In this document: piece after piece, positions 48,373 through 58,372 of the stretch | Layout of the letters: the number at the start of each line of letters is the position of its first letter | How positions within the stretch are numbered: the stretch's first letter is position 1 | Assembly: GCA_050506795.1 (NCBI GenBank) | Contig: JBJHCF010000007.1 | Location: 1 to 64,000 of the forward strand | Reading direction: 5' to 3' | DNA: 64,000 nucleotides | Source: Opitutia bacterium | GTDB lineage: Bacteria > Verrucomicrobiota > Verrucomicrobiia > Opitutales > T3Sed10-336 | Program-made: the position numbers and the translations under genes | Notes under the pieces: generated by a model | Seen by the model: only the letters and a program-made list of their open reading frames with translations | Databases searched by the model: none | Told to the model about the DNA's origin: nothing

Positions 48373-49965
48373 TCAGGTCTCTCCCAGAACCGACTCCAGG
48401 GAATGCAACACCTCCTCACGATCCGCCTCAAAAAGAAACAGGTCACTTCCAATATAAGCGTAAGCCCGGCGCAAGACACCCGCCGAGGGTTGTCGCATAG
48501 TGATGTAGCGCTGCACGTTGGCCAGCATTTCACCACGGGTACCGGTATCGATGTCGAGCTCGATCAATTGGGAAAGCGCCGGTTGGAAATGCGGGAAATT
48601 GTTACTCACATGCCGGAGAACGCGTCGCGCCTGACTGTCTTCACCCATCTCCACCAGGCGGACAGCCATCACCGTCAGATGGTCGGGGCGCACAAAACCG
48701 GAACCGAAAAGCTCGCTGATTAACAACTGCCCCTCCCCACGGTTCCCGGCGCCGAATTGGGCCACCGTTAACTGCGTCTGAAGCGGCACCGCGTAACCCC
48801 GCTCCCAACGGGAAGGGGTTTCATCCCAATTCTCCACCACTTCAAGGGCCCTCCGGTAGCGACCCGCCACCACCAGCGATTCGACCCAATGGTAGGCCGG
48901 TCCCTCAAGATTCATACCCCTTTCCCGGCAATGCCGATAAATCCGCTCCGCGAGGTCATAATACCCCCAGTACCCGGCCACCGCGGCCAGATGATGCATG
49001 GCGGCCTCCTCACGACCGAACTGGGAGAAAAAGGTTTCCGTATCCTCGCGAAACGCCTCCGCGTCACCCAGTTGGTGATGAATCTGGAGCAATCCGATTA
49101 GGGGTTCGTGACTCAAAGGATCGTTTAAGTGACGGAGCAGCGCTGTACGCGAGGCCCGGTCTTCGTATCCCGCCTCCAACAAGAACTCCACCAGAACGAG
49201 AAAGACATCATGATCGACCGTACCCTGATCGACCATCGCCTGAAGACGACTCAGCGCCGCGCTCTCCTCACCTCGGTCCCAATCGATGCGGGTTTGCAGC
49301 AGAAACCCATCCTTTGCGGTCGTCAGATCATACTCCTGAATGAAGGACTCCGCACGGTCCGAATCGCCCCGATGAAAGTAGGCGGTCGCCACTGCGGTGG
49401 CGATCATGTGATCACGACGGTCGGAACCTTCGTATGCCGCTTCCAGCAACCGCTCTCCCAGTTCGATCACCCGATCATCCTGGAAATCGTTAAACAGCAT
49501 CATAAAGTAGGTCTGCAGGTATTCGATATCGTCGGTGTAGTCTTCGTATCGACTTTCCAGCACCCGGATGCCGCTGGACCGCTGTCCGATCTGTTCGTAG
49601 AATCGAGCCAGGGCCAGACGCCCATCCCGGTTCTCAGGGGAAAGGCTCACCCCACTGCGCAGCAGCAGGAAAGGATGCCCATCCTCTTCCTGGCCATCCA
49701 GGAGACGTTGCGCCCGCTCGATATAATAATCCCCGCGCGACACCCGGTAATTGTCCCAACGATGCGGGAAGTACAAATCAAAATATTTGATCTCGGCAAA
49801 ATCCCGCTCGTATTTGATAAAATAATACGCTCCCGCCACCAGTACGCTGTACCCCACAACAAGCATCGCCGCCAGCAGCAGCCCAATGCGCTTCCAGAGT
49901 AAGCGAAAAAAGACGACCCCATTCCGGTGCTTGAGCTTTTGCGCCAAGCCGAAACGAATGAGCAT
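48373..49965 (-). CDS. Membrane-anchored TPR-like helical repeat protein
   Basis: Single TM followed by about 480 aa of helical repeats (SPENRDGRLALARFY); start may be 50025. Confidence 0.75.
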   Translation of the reverse strand: MLIRFGLAQKLKHRNGVVFFRLLWKRIGLLLAAMLVVGYSVLVAGAYYFIKYERDFAEIKYFDLYFPHRWDNYRVSRGDYYIERAQRLLDGQEEDGHPFLLLRSGVSLSPENRDGRLALARFYEQIGQRSSGIRVLESRYEDYTDDIEYLQTYFMMLFNDFQDDRVIELGERLLEAAYEGSDRRDHMIATAVATAYFHRGDSDRAESFIQEYDLTTAKDGFLLQTRIDWDRGEESAALSRLQAMVDQGTVDHDVFLVLVEFLLEAGYEDRASRTALLRHLNDPLSHEPLIGLLQIHHQLGDAEAFREDTETFFSQFGREEAAMHHLAAVAGYWGYYDLAERIYRHCRERGMNLEGPAYHWVESLVVAGRYRRALEVVENWDETPSRWERGYAVPLQTQLTVAQFGAGNRGEGQLLISELFGSGFVRPDHLTVMAVRLVEMGEDSQARRVLRHVSNNFPHFQPALSQLIELDIDTGTRGEMLANVQRYITMRQPSAGVLRRAYAYIGSDLFLFEADREEVLHSLESVLGET

Positions 49966-50380
49966 CTTTTTGATATAACGAACGGCAGACGGCTCGCGCA
50001 CCGTGGGTGAAGGTCTGACTGGCATACCAAAGTTTAGCTAGGTGAGTGTGTTAACCGACACTCTACCGTTCCTGAGTCGCTCTTCAACTCAATTCTGGAA
50101 AACGTTGCTGCCGGAATTTCCGTGGCGATGAATTTCATTCCGAATGGTTCACGCGATTTTTTGGAACCTGCCTCTTTCCTCTGTTCCGCCTTTGGTTTCC
50201 ACGTGCAAAGCTCCCCGCCGTTGTGCCCACCCAGGGGTCCTGGGAATCCGCAGGATTATCGACTCACGCCTAACCCGAATGGCACTGGGTTAAGCTCATT
50301 GACCGAAGGAGCGTTGTCCAACTGTGGTAAGTTAACCAAAAATAACGCCCGGTTTTGAGCGTTGCTGAACGGTGAAGGTT

Positions 50381-50451
50381 CTCACACGGAGCCACGGAGC
50401 TCACGGAGGTGGTCCTGTAAAAAACTCCGTGTCTTTGTGCCTCCGTGTGAG
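50381..50451. repeat. Palindromic element built from triplicated CACGGAG units
   Basis: CTCACACGGAGCCACGGAGCTCACGGAG (50381-50408) ... CTCCGTGTCTTTGTGCCTCCGTGTGAG (50425-50451). Confidence 0.8.
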
Positions 50452-50558
50452 CCCAATTTCCGCTGTATTCTTTGTTTCATAAAACGATGCACCGCCTTAA
50501 CCGAGAGCCATTTCGCCTAACCCATCTCCGATTGCCGAGAGCAAAATCCCAAAACATG

Positions 50559-50593
50559 AAGAACCCCTCTCCGTCAAGCAGAGAGGGGTTCTT
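50559..50593 (-). terminator. Intrinsic terminator after the PEP-CTERM gene
   Basis: 13-bp perfect stem AAGAACCCCTCTC / GAGAGGGGTTCTT, followed on minus strand by CATGTTTT. Confidence 0.75.
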
Positions 50594-50620
50594 TCAGGAA
50601 AAAGCTAGCTTACAATCAGC

Positions 50621-51298
50621 TTACTTCTTAAAGCGCCGACGCAGGAACACGAACAACAGCACTCCAAAGCCGAAGATCGCGGCATAAGTGGAGGGCTCAG
50701 GAACGACGGTGTACTCAGCCGTTTTGATCGTAGCATTGTCGATAAACGGACTGTAGTTGATCACATCTCCAGGGTTCGGCATGGTGAGATTAGGATTGGT
50801 GTAGAAACCATAAGAGTCCCCAGCTGAGGGTGTATCACCCATGGACAAACCGGGGAACCATATGACTCCGAACTGCGCGTTTGATGCCACCAATCCGGTG
50901 CCTGACTGGTGACGAACTTCACTTGCAGTACCCAAGGCGCCCGAACCAGCATTGGGACCAAACCCAATACTGATGCTTTGGTGCGTCCAAACCAAGGCTA
51001 AATTCGAATCACCAAATGATTCACTCGAAAGGAACGCATCCGGGCGGGAACTCACGTTCATTGCAGTGCTAAACGGTGTCAAACCCAGATTCACTCCCCC
51101 GGATGATCCGGCAAAAGCTTCACCAGTAACGTCAAAGATCACACCCCAAGGCGTACCATTCTCAATCAGATTTCCCCCGCTATCTGCAAAATTAGGGGTG
51201 TTAATTTGCAGCGAGACCGTTTGCCCCACCAAGGCTGAAGAGGCCAGACACGCGAGAGACGCGATTCCAAACAGTTTAACTTTCTTAATGTTAGTCAT
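50621..51298 (-). CDS. PEP-CTERM sorting-domain surface protein
   Basis: Signal peptide; Ser/Gly/Thr/Asn-rich body; VVPEPSTYAAIFGFGVLLFVFLRRRFKK. Confidence 0.93.
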   Translation of the reverse strand: MTNIKKVKLFGIASLACLASSALVGQTVSLQINTPNFADSGGNLIENGTPWGVIFDVTGEAFAGSSGGVNLGLTPFSTAMNVSSRPDAFLSSESFGDSNLALVWTHQSISIGFGPNAGSGALGTASEVRHQSGTGLVASNAQFGVIWFPGLSMGDTPSAGDSYGFYTNPNLTMPNPGDVINYSPFIDNATIKTAEYTVVPEPSTYAAIFGFGVLLFVFLRRRFKK

Positions 51299-51364
51299 TT
51301 ATTTTTCCTTATTATATTAGACTTTTCGTTGATCGATTCGTTAGAGAGCAAATTACGTTGGGCC

Positions 51365-52342
51365 TCAATCGTTAGAAAGGTAGCTGGGAGTGAAGACCAA
51401 CACGTCGGTTTGCGGAGCGGGGGTCGCAGCTTTGCGATAGACAAATCCGAGGCCGGGCTCCAACTCACGATCATTGGCGATATTGAAATCCTGGTCGTAC
51501 CAATCACCTTCAAACGCAGTCAGAATTTCGGCCGGAGCCTTGTTGATACCTGCTTCGGTGTTGCTCGGGATAAACAGTTCATCGTTGTCTTGCGCACCAA
51601 GGACATCACCCAAACGGATGGGCGCGGGAACCGCAAATCCAATCGAAATATCCTGCTGGGCATCCGCAGCAACGGTACTCAACGGGTCACGTACAGGAAA
51701 CATTGGCACTGACCCGGCGATTACCGCTGAAAAGCTTTCACCCGATGCGTCACGAACGATAAACGACTCATCCAGCATAATCGTGTGATCATTTGAGATC
51801 GCAAAATCAGCATCATACCAATCCCCATCAAAGAAGGTGAAAATTCCGGAAGGAGCAACATTGACTCCCGCGTCGGGTCCACGATCAAACACGAAAATTT
51901 CGGTTTCATTGGGGAAGCCCGGGAATAGGGTCGCGAGGGTCCAATGAGGGATCAACTGAACGGCATCACCACCTTCGCCGGTGGCAAGTCCACTGAGATC
52001 TACGCCACTCTCAACAACCAGAGTGTCCCCTCCATTATCAACGCCGACGACGGTCGCACGTGTTCCGGCCAGTGCACCGGAACGGACAGCGATGAAGTAG
52101 GCCGGATTCTCGGGTTGGATTCCAGTCCCTTCAGCAAAGTTAATGTTGGAACCGTCTACGCTGACCGGAATCCCTTGAAACACCGGAGCACGATGCATCG
52201 GCACCGAGATCCGCGTATCGGAGGCGGCCAACAGGTTAACGGACACATATCCCACCGGATCCGTAGCCACCTCGACGTCCTGCGCGAAAGCGAAGGGGGC
52301 TGAGGCGACCAATCCTGCGAGTAAGCTAGCTTTTATCTTCAT
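51365..52342 (-). CDS. TIGR02597-family secreted protein
   Basis: Signal peptide then VATDPVGYV..DT.ISVP.HR.PVFQG, IPHWTLATLFP, GFVYRK; AGGAAGGA RBS. Confidence 0.8.
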   Translation of the reverse strand: MKIKASLLAGLVASAPFAFAQDVEVATDPVGYVSVNLLAASDTRISVPMHRAPVFQGIPVSVDGSNINFAEGTGIQPENPAYFIAVRSGALAGTRATVVGVDNGGDTLVVESGVDLSGLATGEGGDAVQLIPHWTLATLFPGFPNETEIFVFDRGPDAGVNVAPSGIFTFFDGDWYDADFAISNDHTIMLDESFIVRDASGESFSAVIAGSVPMFPVRDPLSTVAADAQQDISIGFAVPAPIRLGDVLGAQDNDELFIPSNTEAGINKAPAEILTAFEGDWYDQDFNIANDRELEPGLGFVYRKAATPAPQTDVLVFTPSYLSND

Positions 52343-52711
52343 ATTTTTCCTTCCTGATTAGGGGGTTTGACCTAATTTATTGCTGAGTTTTTGGTTTAAA
52401 TCGAACCAAGATCGACTGTCAAGCCGTAAAATCCCTTAAATCGCCACGGAATCGACCGGCTTCTCCTGCTGGAACCTATCACTTCCGATCGGGCACCCCA
52501 CCGTTGGGAGGAGGGAGAGCCGCAATCGAAGCCAGCCGAATCCGGAGCGGACAATAAGCCTGCTCCATTTTCGTTCGCGATCAGATCCTGGCGGGAAAAT
52601 GGCGTCATTCGTGGTATTTCGAGGATTTCTATAGATAACCTACGGCGGCGCCGGCAAACTGCAAGACTTTTTTTGCTGAAACCAATCGATTTATGAGGCG
52701 GCGGGTCGGGT

Positions 52712-53416
52712 TCAGTCCTCCGGCAGCGGGGCTCCGGTCCACGGGTCCACGACATATGTGCGCCGTTCGTAACCGTAGTGTAGTTCGACGGTGAAAGGAA
52801 TACTGCTTCCATCGGGAAAAAAGGTCACCTGTTCGACCGGCTCGGTCTGCACCAGCTCTCCGCGAATGAGCACATAAGTCGCCCGCGGGCGCTGCTTGAG
52901 GAAACGGACGGAAGCGTTTCGGTCGATGGGGTATTCGTGAAGCCTTTCTCCACCGCTCTGCCGGGTCAGGTAAAAGACCTTTTTCTCATTGTCGAACCCC
53001 AGGATCACCGGACGCTCCCCTTCCAGCGCGAGCCAGCGAGCTTCCCTCATGGCCTGCTCGAACACCTCGTCGAGAGTTCGTTCATCGCGGCTGGCCAAAA
53101 CCCCCACCCCGGTAATAAACAGTGTGGAAAGCAACGCCATTACCGCGATCACCAACAGAATCTCGATGAGGGTGAAGGCGGAGCGGGGGCACGGGGGACG
53201 AGGGGCGTGGGGCGTGGGGCGTGGGGCGCGGGACGAGGGGCGTGGGAGCGAAGTGATCGCCTGCGGAGACGATTCGTCGGAATGGTTTGGGAAGCGAGGT
53301 CCCACACGAAAAAAGCGATCCAAAGCGGCGCGCTCAAAATCCGGAGCGACCGAAGAGAAACCGACCGCGGAACTCGAAGATCTCATCTCTTCAGGCTTAA
53401 CAGTTATCCCTGCCAA
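52712..53416 (-). CDS. gspH: Minor pseudopilin H-like with very long leader
   Basis: A-FTLIEILLVIAVMALL, AR..A, FFPDGS, VDPWTG; start 53416 or 53386. Confidence 0.82.
   Translation of the reverse strand: MAGITVKPEEMRSSSSAVGFSSVAPDFERAALDRFFRVGPRFPNHSDESSPQAITSLPRPSSRAPRPTPHAPRPPCPRSAFTLIEILLVIAVMALLSTLFITGVGVLASRDERTLDEVFEQAMREARWLALEGERPVILGFDNEKKVFYLTRQSGGERLHEYPIDRNASVRFLKQRPRATYVLIRGELVQTEPVEQVTFFPDGSSIPFTVELHYGYERRTYVVDPWTGAPLPED
53185..53247. repeat. Heptanucleotide tandem repeat (CGTGGGG)n, about 9 imperfect units
   Basis: GGGGGCA CGGGGGA CGAGGGG CGTGGGG CGTGGGG CGTGGGG CGCGGGA CGAGGGG CGTGGGA. Confidence 0.9.
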
Positions 53417-53452
53417 TACATCCCGCTTAGGATTTCGCCGCAGGCGAAATCC

Positions 53453-53896
53453 TTACCAGTTACCGATATTCCGGTCGCTGTCCACTCCGTCGGGTCCGAA
53501 TGACCAGAGGTCGTAGCTTCCTTCGTTGTGTTGTCCGGGAAAGCGATACTGGTATTGATTTCCCCATGGGTCGCGCAAGAGCTCATCGCGATCGATATAA
53601 GGCCCGCGCCAACGGTCGCCCCTGCCTTCCGGAGCGCGTACCAGGGCCTCCAGGCCTTCATCGGTGGATGGATAGCTGCCCATGTGCATGCGGTACGAGG
53701 TCAGAGGGACCCGAAAAGCCTGGTTAACCTGGTGTTTGGCAATATCCACCTGGCTTTCGCCGAAGACTTTATCGACATTACTGATCAGAACCCCGGCCAG
53801 CAAGCCCACCAAGGCGAGCACAATCAGGATCTCCAGCAGGGTAAAGGCGGAGCGCTTGGCGCGACCGGCGGAAAATAGGTCATTACGGTTTCTCAT
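53453..53896 (-). CDS. gspG: Major pseudopilin G
   Basis: A-FTLLEILIV, YPSTDEGLEALV, WRGPY, DPWGNQYQY, YDLWSFGPDG..IGNW. Confidence 0.96.
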   Translation of the reverse strand: MRNRNDLFSAGRAKRSAFTLLEILIVLALVGLLAGVLISNVDKVFGESQVDIAKHQVNQAFRVPLTSYRMHMGSYPSTDEGLEALVRAPEGRGDRWRGPYIDRDELLRDPWGNQYQYRFPGQHNEGSYDLWSFGPDGVDSDRNIGNW

Positions 53897-54083
53897 GGTG
53901 AAGGCTGGAAAAAAAGCGTTTAACTAGAATGAATAGGGGACGAAGGTGAAGCTGAAAACACCTTCGGTCCGATCAATGAATATTAACACCTCTTTTGACC
54001 GCAAGTTGCAGCGCCGGGTTCCCTGGTGCTGCCGGACAGTCCCGATAAGACGGATCAGTCCGACCAAATCCCAGGATCTATGT

Positions 54084-55496
54084 CTATGATCCGCCTCCGG
54101 CGTAAAACTTATTGATCTTTTCGGCCACATCGCGGTAACCGATGTCCACCGAGTAAATCGTTTTGTACTCGGCGATGGCTTCCTCGGTTTTGCCCATGAT
54201 TTCGTAGCATTCGGCCAATTCGTAAATGACCTCTTTTTTCTGGTCGTTCATGCCGGAAACCTCCGATTTGACGGCGGCGTACTGCTGAACCGCGAGGTCG
54301 TACTGCTTCTTGTGCTTGAAACAATTCCCAAGATAAACCAGCGACTGCACCCGGTACTTGGCGTTGCGCTGCGAAAGCTGAAACTGCTCGATAGCGGCGT
54401 CGATCTCACCCTTCTTGAAAAGAAGGCGGCCAAATTCGAAACGATTTGCGTAGTCGTTGGGGTAGCGCTCCACCAGGGAGCGGGTTTCCTCCAGCTTCAC
54501 TGAGTCGAGTTCCTCCTGGAGAGATACGATTTGTTTTTCGAGCTCCTCCTTTTGCTCGGGATTGTCCTTGATCTGACGGCTTAAAAGCCCGATCTCACGT
54601 TCGAGCCGCCCGGTTTTCAGCTCGGATTTGATCCGCTCCAAGTTGGCATCAGCCGCACCGGAAGGAAGCTCCTGGGCCTTTTCCACCCACTTGATGGCCT
54701 CGTCGAAATTGCCGACCTTCTCGTACTGTTTGATCAGGTTGCGGTAGTGGTTGAGGTTTTCCGGTTCCGCCTCCACTTTGCCGAGGGTAACCTTGATGAT
54801 ATCCTGGGAGGCGTCCTCAGAACTGACCACTTTTGCTTCCTGCTCCAATGCGATCGCCTGGCCCTCGTCGCGAAGCTTCTCCCGATAGGACCCCGCTTCT
54901 TCCCATTTGCCTTTTTGCATCGATTGGGCAACCGATGCGGACTTGATCATGGCCTGTCCCGCCTCGTGACCGGGTTTGAGTTCCAAAATACGTTCGGCGG
55001 CGCTCAACGCGGCGTCCGCCTGGCCCGCGGCAATGTAAGCCTCGCCGATTTCCAGGAGCGTCTTGATGTTGTCGGGCTGAATCTCACGGATTCCCTCCAG
55101 GGCGAAGACCCGCGTGGCCGGCAGTCCGTGCGATTTGGCGGCGTCAGCCAGAAGTTTCAAAGCGGAAAGATTGGTCGGGTCCCTGCTGAGCATCTTTTCC
55201 GCCGCGTTCATGGCTTTGGCCGGGTTCTTCTTCACCTGGCTCGAAGCCGTAATCATGAACGGCGCGGAGGAAAGCCCGCCGATCGCCTTGGCCATCAGCC
55301 GGTTCTTGGTAGAAAATTGTTTTTTCTGCGCGGCTCGCAAGAGCTTCCTGACCGAAAGACACTCAGGATGCCTTTCGAGGACGCTCAAACAAATCTTGAT
55401 AGCATACTCGTAATTCTCCCGTTCAACGGCGAGACGAGCGATATCGACCTGTTTCTGAAATTGCGGCTTAAGAGATGTGAGAGCTATTTCTGGCAT
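54084..55496 (-). CDS. Tetratricopeptide repeat protein
   Basis: Multiple TPRs; C-terminal DIGYRDVAEKI. Confidence 0.88.
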   Translation of the reverse strand: MPEIALTSLKPQFQKQVDIARLAVERENYEYAIKICLSVLERHPECLSVRKLLRAAQKKQFSTKNRLMAKAIGGLSSAPFMITASSQVKKNPAKAMNAAEKMLSRDPTNLSALKLLADAAKSHGLPATRVFALEGIREIQPDNIKTLLEIGEAYIAAGQADAALSAAERILELKPGHEAGQAMIKSASVAQSMQKGKWEEAGSYREKLRDEGQAIALEQEAKVVSSEDASQDIIKVTLGKVEAEPENLNHYRNLIKQYEKVGNFDEAIKWVEKAQELPSGAADANLERIKSELKTGRLEREIGLLSRQIKDNPEQKEELEKQIVSLQEELDSVKLEETRSLVERYPNDYANRFEFGRLLFKKGEIDAAIEQFQLSQRNAKYRVQSLVYLGNCFKHKKQYDLAVQQYAAVKSEVSGMNDQKKEVIYELAECYEIMGKTEEAIAEYKTIYSVDIGYRDVAEKINKFYAGGGS

Positions 55497-55744
55497 TTGA
55501 TCGATCAATCCGTGTAAAAGAATACTTGTTAACCAATTGAGACAGCGAGTCAAAACGAAAAAACATCCGGCACTCGACAGTTAGACTGACAACGCAAACC
55601 CGGTATTCCCACCGTACCCGGTCCAACCGGGCCACCATCGATTCGATGGGCCCTCCTGAGAAAGTTGGACGCTAACCTTAGGACTTGGAGGGTCCGCCTT
55701 GTCAAACGTGAGATTTAAAAAAAATCCCGCAAGGGGTACCTCGT

Positions 55745-57103
55745 CTACAGGAGCCCGTCCTCGGCCACGGCGTGGCGTAAACTCTCCATCCAACGTTTTA
55801 TCTCCGCCATGTCCGAACCCTCCACCAGCAATCGGATCTTGGGTTCCGTACCGGAGTACCGCACCAGGATCCGCCCTTGATCTCCGAGTGCCTTCTCCGC
55901 GCGGGCCATGACGGCGCTCAACCGCGGCAAGGACGCAAGGTCCGGCTTGTCTTTGACCCTCAACGCCGCGCTCTGTTGCGGAAACGCCACAAACCGGCCG
56001 GCCAGTTTTGACAGGCGCGGCGAACCGGCCGAGCTCAACAGAACCTCGATAATCTTCAGCGCGGCCAGAAGGCCGTCTCCGGCGGGTGCGGTTTCGGGGA
56101 AAATGATGTGCCCGGACGATTCTCCGCCGAGATTGAATCCGCCTTCGACCAGACGCGCCAGAACGTGGCGATCGCCGACATCGGTGCGCTCCACGCTGCC
56201 TCCGGCCGCCCGCAAGGCGGCGTCCAGTCCCAGATTGCTATGCACGGTGGCGACCAGCGTGCGGTGTGCGAGTTTTCCGGCTTCCAGCGCATGGAGTGCC
56301 AGCAGGGCCAGCAAGGCATCCCCGGGAACCACCTCACCGGTTTCATCCACAGCCACGATCCGGTCGCCGTCTCCGTCCAGGGCCAACCCCAAATCGGCCC
56401 CTTCCAATCGTACCCGGGCGGCCAGGAACTCCGGGTGCTGACTGCCCACTCCGTCGTTGATATTGCGTCCGTCGGGCAAATCTCCCAAAGCGATGACCCG
56501 CGCTCCCAAGGCTCGCAACACCCCGGGAGCGGTGCGGTAGCCGGCGCCATTGGCCGCATCCAGGACAATCGTCCAGTCCTTGAGCGCGCCGGGAGGCAGC
56601 AACCCGACCAGCCTTTTCTCGTAAAAGGCCAGATCCGGTTCGTCACGTACCTGTCCCGTCCTGCCCGCTCCCTCGTTGAGACTGGGATCATCGAGCCATC
56701 TTTCGATGTCCTCCTCCGCCTGATCGGTCAGTTTCCTGCCTTCAGCGGAAAAAAACTTGATGCCGTTGTCGTCGGCCGGATTGTGGGACGCCGTCACCAC
56801 AATTCCCAAGTCGGCGCCGTAGTGCAGCACAGCCAGCGCCACCGCCGCAGTCGGCGCCACCCCCAACCGGATCACGTCGGTGCCCGAATCCATCAAGCCT
56901 TCAACGAGCGCCGCTTCCAGGACCGGTCCCGATTCACGGGTATCCCGGCCGATCACCACGACCGGACGACGCGACGACCGACATTGTCCCGCCAGCGAAC
57001 GACCCGCCGCCCGACCGAGTCGTACGGCGAACTCGGGATTGATCCATTGGTCGCCAAAACGACCGCGCACACCGTCGGTCCCGAAATACTTCCGCTTCCC
57101 CAT
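55745..57103 (-). CDS. glmM: Phosphoglucosamine mutase
   Basis: YFGTDGVRG, GRDTRESG, TASHNP..DNGIKFF, DGDGDR, GGESSGH, VRYSGTEP. Confidence 0.96.
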   Translation of the reverse strand: MGKRKYFGTDGVRGRFGDQWINPEFAVRLGRAAGRSLAGQCRSSRRPVVVIGRDTRESGPVLEAALVEGLMDSGTDVIRLGVAPTAAVALAVLHYGADLGIVVTASHNPADDNGIKFFSAEGRKLTDQAEEDIERWLDDPSLNEGAGRTGQVRDEPDLAFYEKRLVGLLPPGALKDWTIVLDAANGAGYRTAPGVLRALGARVIALGDLPDGRNINDGVGSQHPEFLAARVRLEGADLGLALDGDGDRIVAVDETGEVVPGDALLALLALHALEAGKLAHRTLVATVHSNLGLDAALRAAGGSVERTDVGDRHVLARLVEGGFNLGGESSGHIIFPETAPAGDGLLAALKIIEVLLSSAGSPRLSKLAGRFVAFPQQSAALRVKDKPDLASLPRLSAVMARAEKALGDQGRILVRYSGTEPKIRLLVEGSDMAEIKRWMESLRHAVAEDGLL

Positions 57104-58155
57104 TATTGGTAAAATGACTGCACCTTTTTCACAAAATCTCTCACGGCCCCGCCGAGAAGATTTTCCCGGGCAAGCTCAAGCCCCTCCTCCACCGACCCCG
57201 CGCGCCCTTGAATGCTGAAGGCCAAGGCGGCGTTGAGAAGGATCGAGTTCACCAGGCCGGCGGGTGCCTCCCCGTCGAAAATCGCCTGGAGCAGTCGCAA
57301 ATTGTCTTTCAGATTTCCGCCGGCCAATTCGGACGGTTGACATTCAGGCAGCCCGTAACGGTCGGGTCCCCACACCTGGTCATCGCCCTGGAAACGGCCG
57401 AATCCGGCCGTCCGGTTTTCGGTGGCACAGGAGATCTCATCCATACCCGCCCCATCGGACAACCGGCCATGAGCCACATAGCCGGCTTCCAGTCCAATCG
57501 CATGGAGCGCCTCCGCCAGAGGCGACACCCAGGAGTCACCGAAAACCCCCATAAATTGAAAGGCCGGCCGACCGGGATTGATCAATGGGCCGAGAATATT
57601 AAAAACCGTCCTTTGGCCGCGGGCCGCCAGTGCCTTGCGCACAGGCATAATTTCCTTAAACGCGGGATGGTAGGCCGGAGCAAAAAAGAAAACAAAATTC
57701 AACGTGTCGAGGGAACGGCGCGCCAGGTCCTCATCCATCTCCAGCGGCACCCCGAGCGCCTGCAAAAGGTCCGCGCTTCCGCAACTGGAGGTGATGGAAC
57801 GGTTCCCGTGCTTAAAGACCGGCACTCCGGCCGCCGCCAGAACCAGGGCCGCGGTCGTCGAGATATTAAACGTTCCCTGGCGGTCGCCGCCGGTGCCGCA
57901 CACATCGATCGCCCGACCCGCCCATTCGGACACGCCGGGATCCCGGGCCAAGACGCGAAAGGTCTCGGCAAAACAACCGACTTCCACGCCGGTTTCACCC
58001 TTGTTGGCAAAAGCGATCAGAAAACGCTCCTTCAACCCGGCCTCGACATCGTGCGCCGCCAAAGCGCGGGCGGCGGCGGCGGCCTCGGCGGCCGTCAAAT
58101 CAGCCCCCGCCTCAACCCTTTCCGCCGCGTTTCGTAATTCGATGGTGTCACTCAT
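57103..58155 (-). CDS. trpD: Anthranilate phosphoribosyltransferase
   Basis: DVCGTGGD..TFNIST, KHGNRS.TS.CGSADLL, RTVFNILGPLINP. Confidence 0.96.
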   Translation of the reverse strand: MSDTIELRNAAERVEAGADLTAAEAAAAARALAAHDVEAGLKERFLIAFANKGETGVEVGCFAETFRVLARDPGVSEWAGRAIDVCGTGGDRQGTFNISTTAALVLAAAGVPVFKHGNRSITSSCGSADLLQALGVPLEMDEDLARRSLDTLNFVFFFAPAYHPAFKEIMPVRKALAARGQRTVFNILGPLINPGRPAFQFMGVFGDSWVSPLAEALHAIGLEAGYVAHGRLSDGAGMDEISCATENRTAGFGRFQGDDQVWGPDRYGLPECQPSELAGGNLKDNLRLLQAIFDGEAPAGLVNSILLNAALAFSIQGRAGSVEEGLELARENLLGGAVRDFVKKVQSFYQ

Positions 58156-58372
58156 GATGCAGTTGAACCTCTGATAATAGAACAGCTTCTCCCGGTGGCT
58201 CGCAAACGGGACTTTCTCAGCAAGCGCGCCCTGTTCCCGTTTGTCCAGACCGGAATTGAACGTTAAAAACGTTTCCCGAATATCGCTTGACGCCCCATGA
58301 TGCACTACGTAATGCTTTTTCCTTTGCGTCTAGTGCAAAAGTCCTTTCTCTTTTCCAAACCTACACAAAACC

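Noticed and set aside
50040..50075. ops/JUMPstart-like GAACGGTAGAGTG on the minus strand upstream of the TPR-gspI block
   Set aside because: Mismatches the GGCGGTAG core and no RfaH-like gene is in the window; only a small hairpin is supportable
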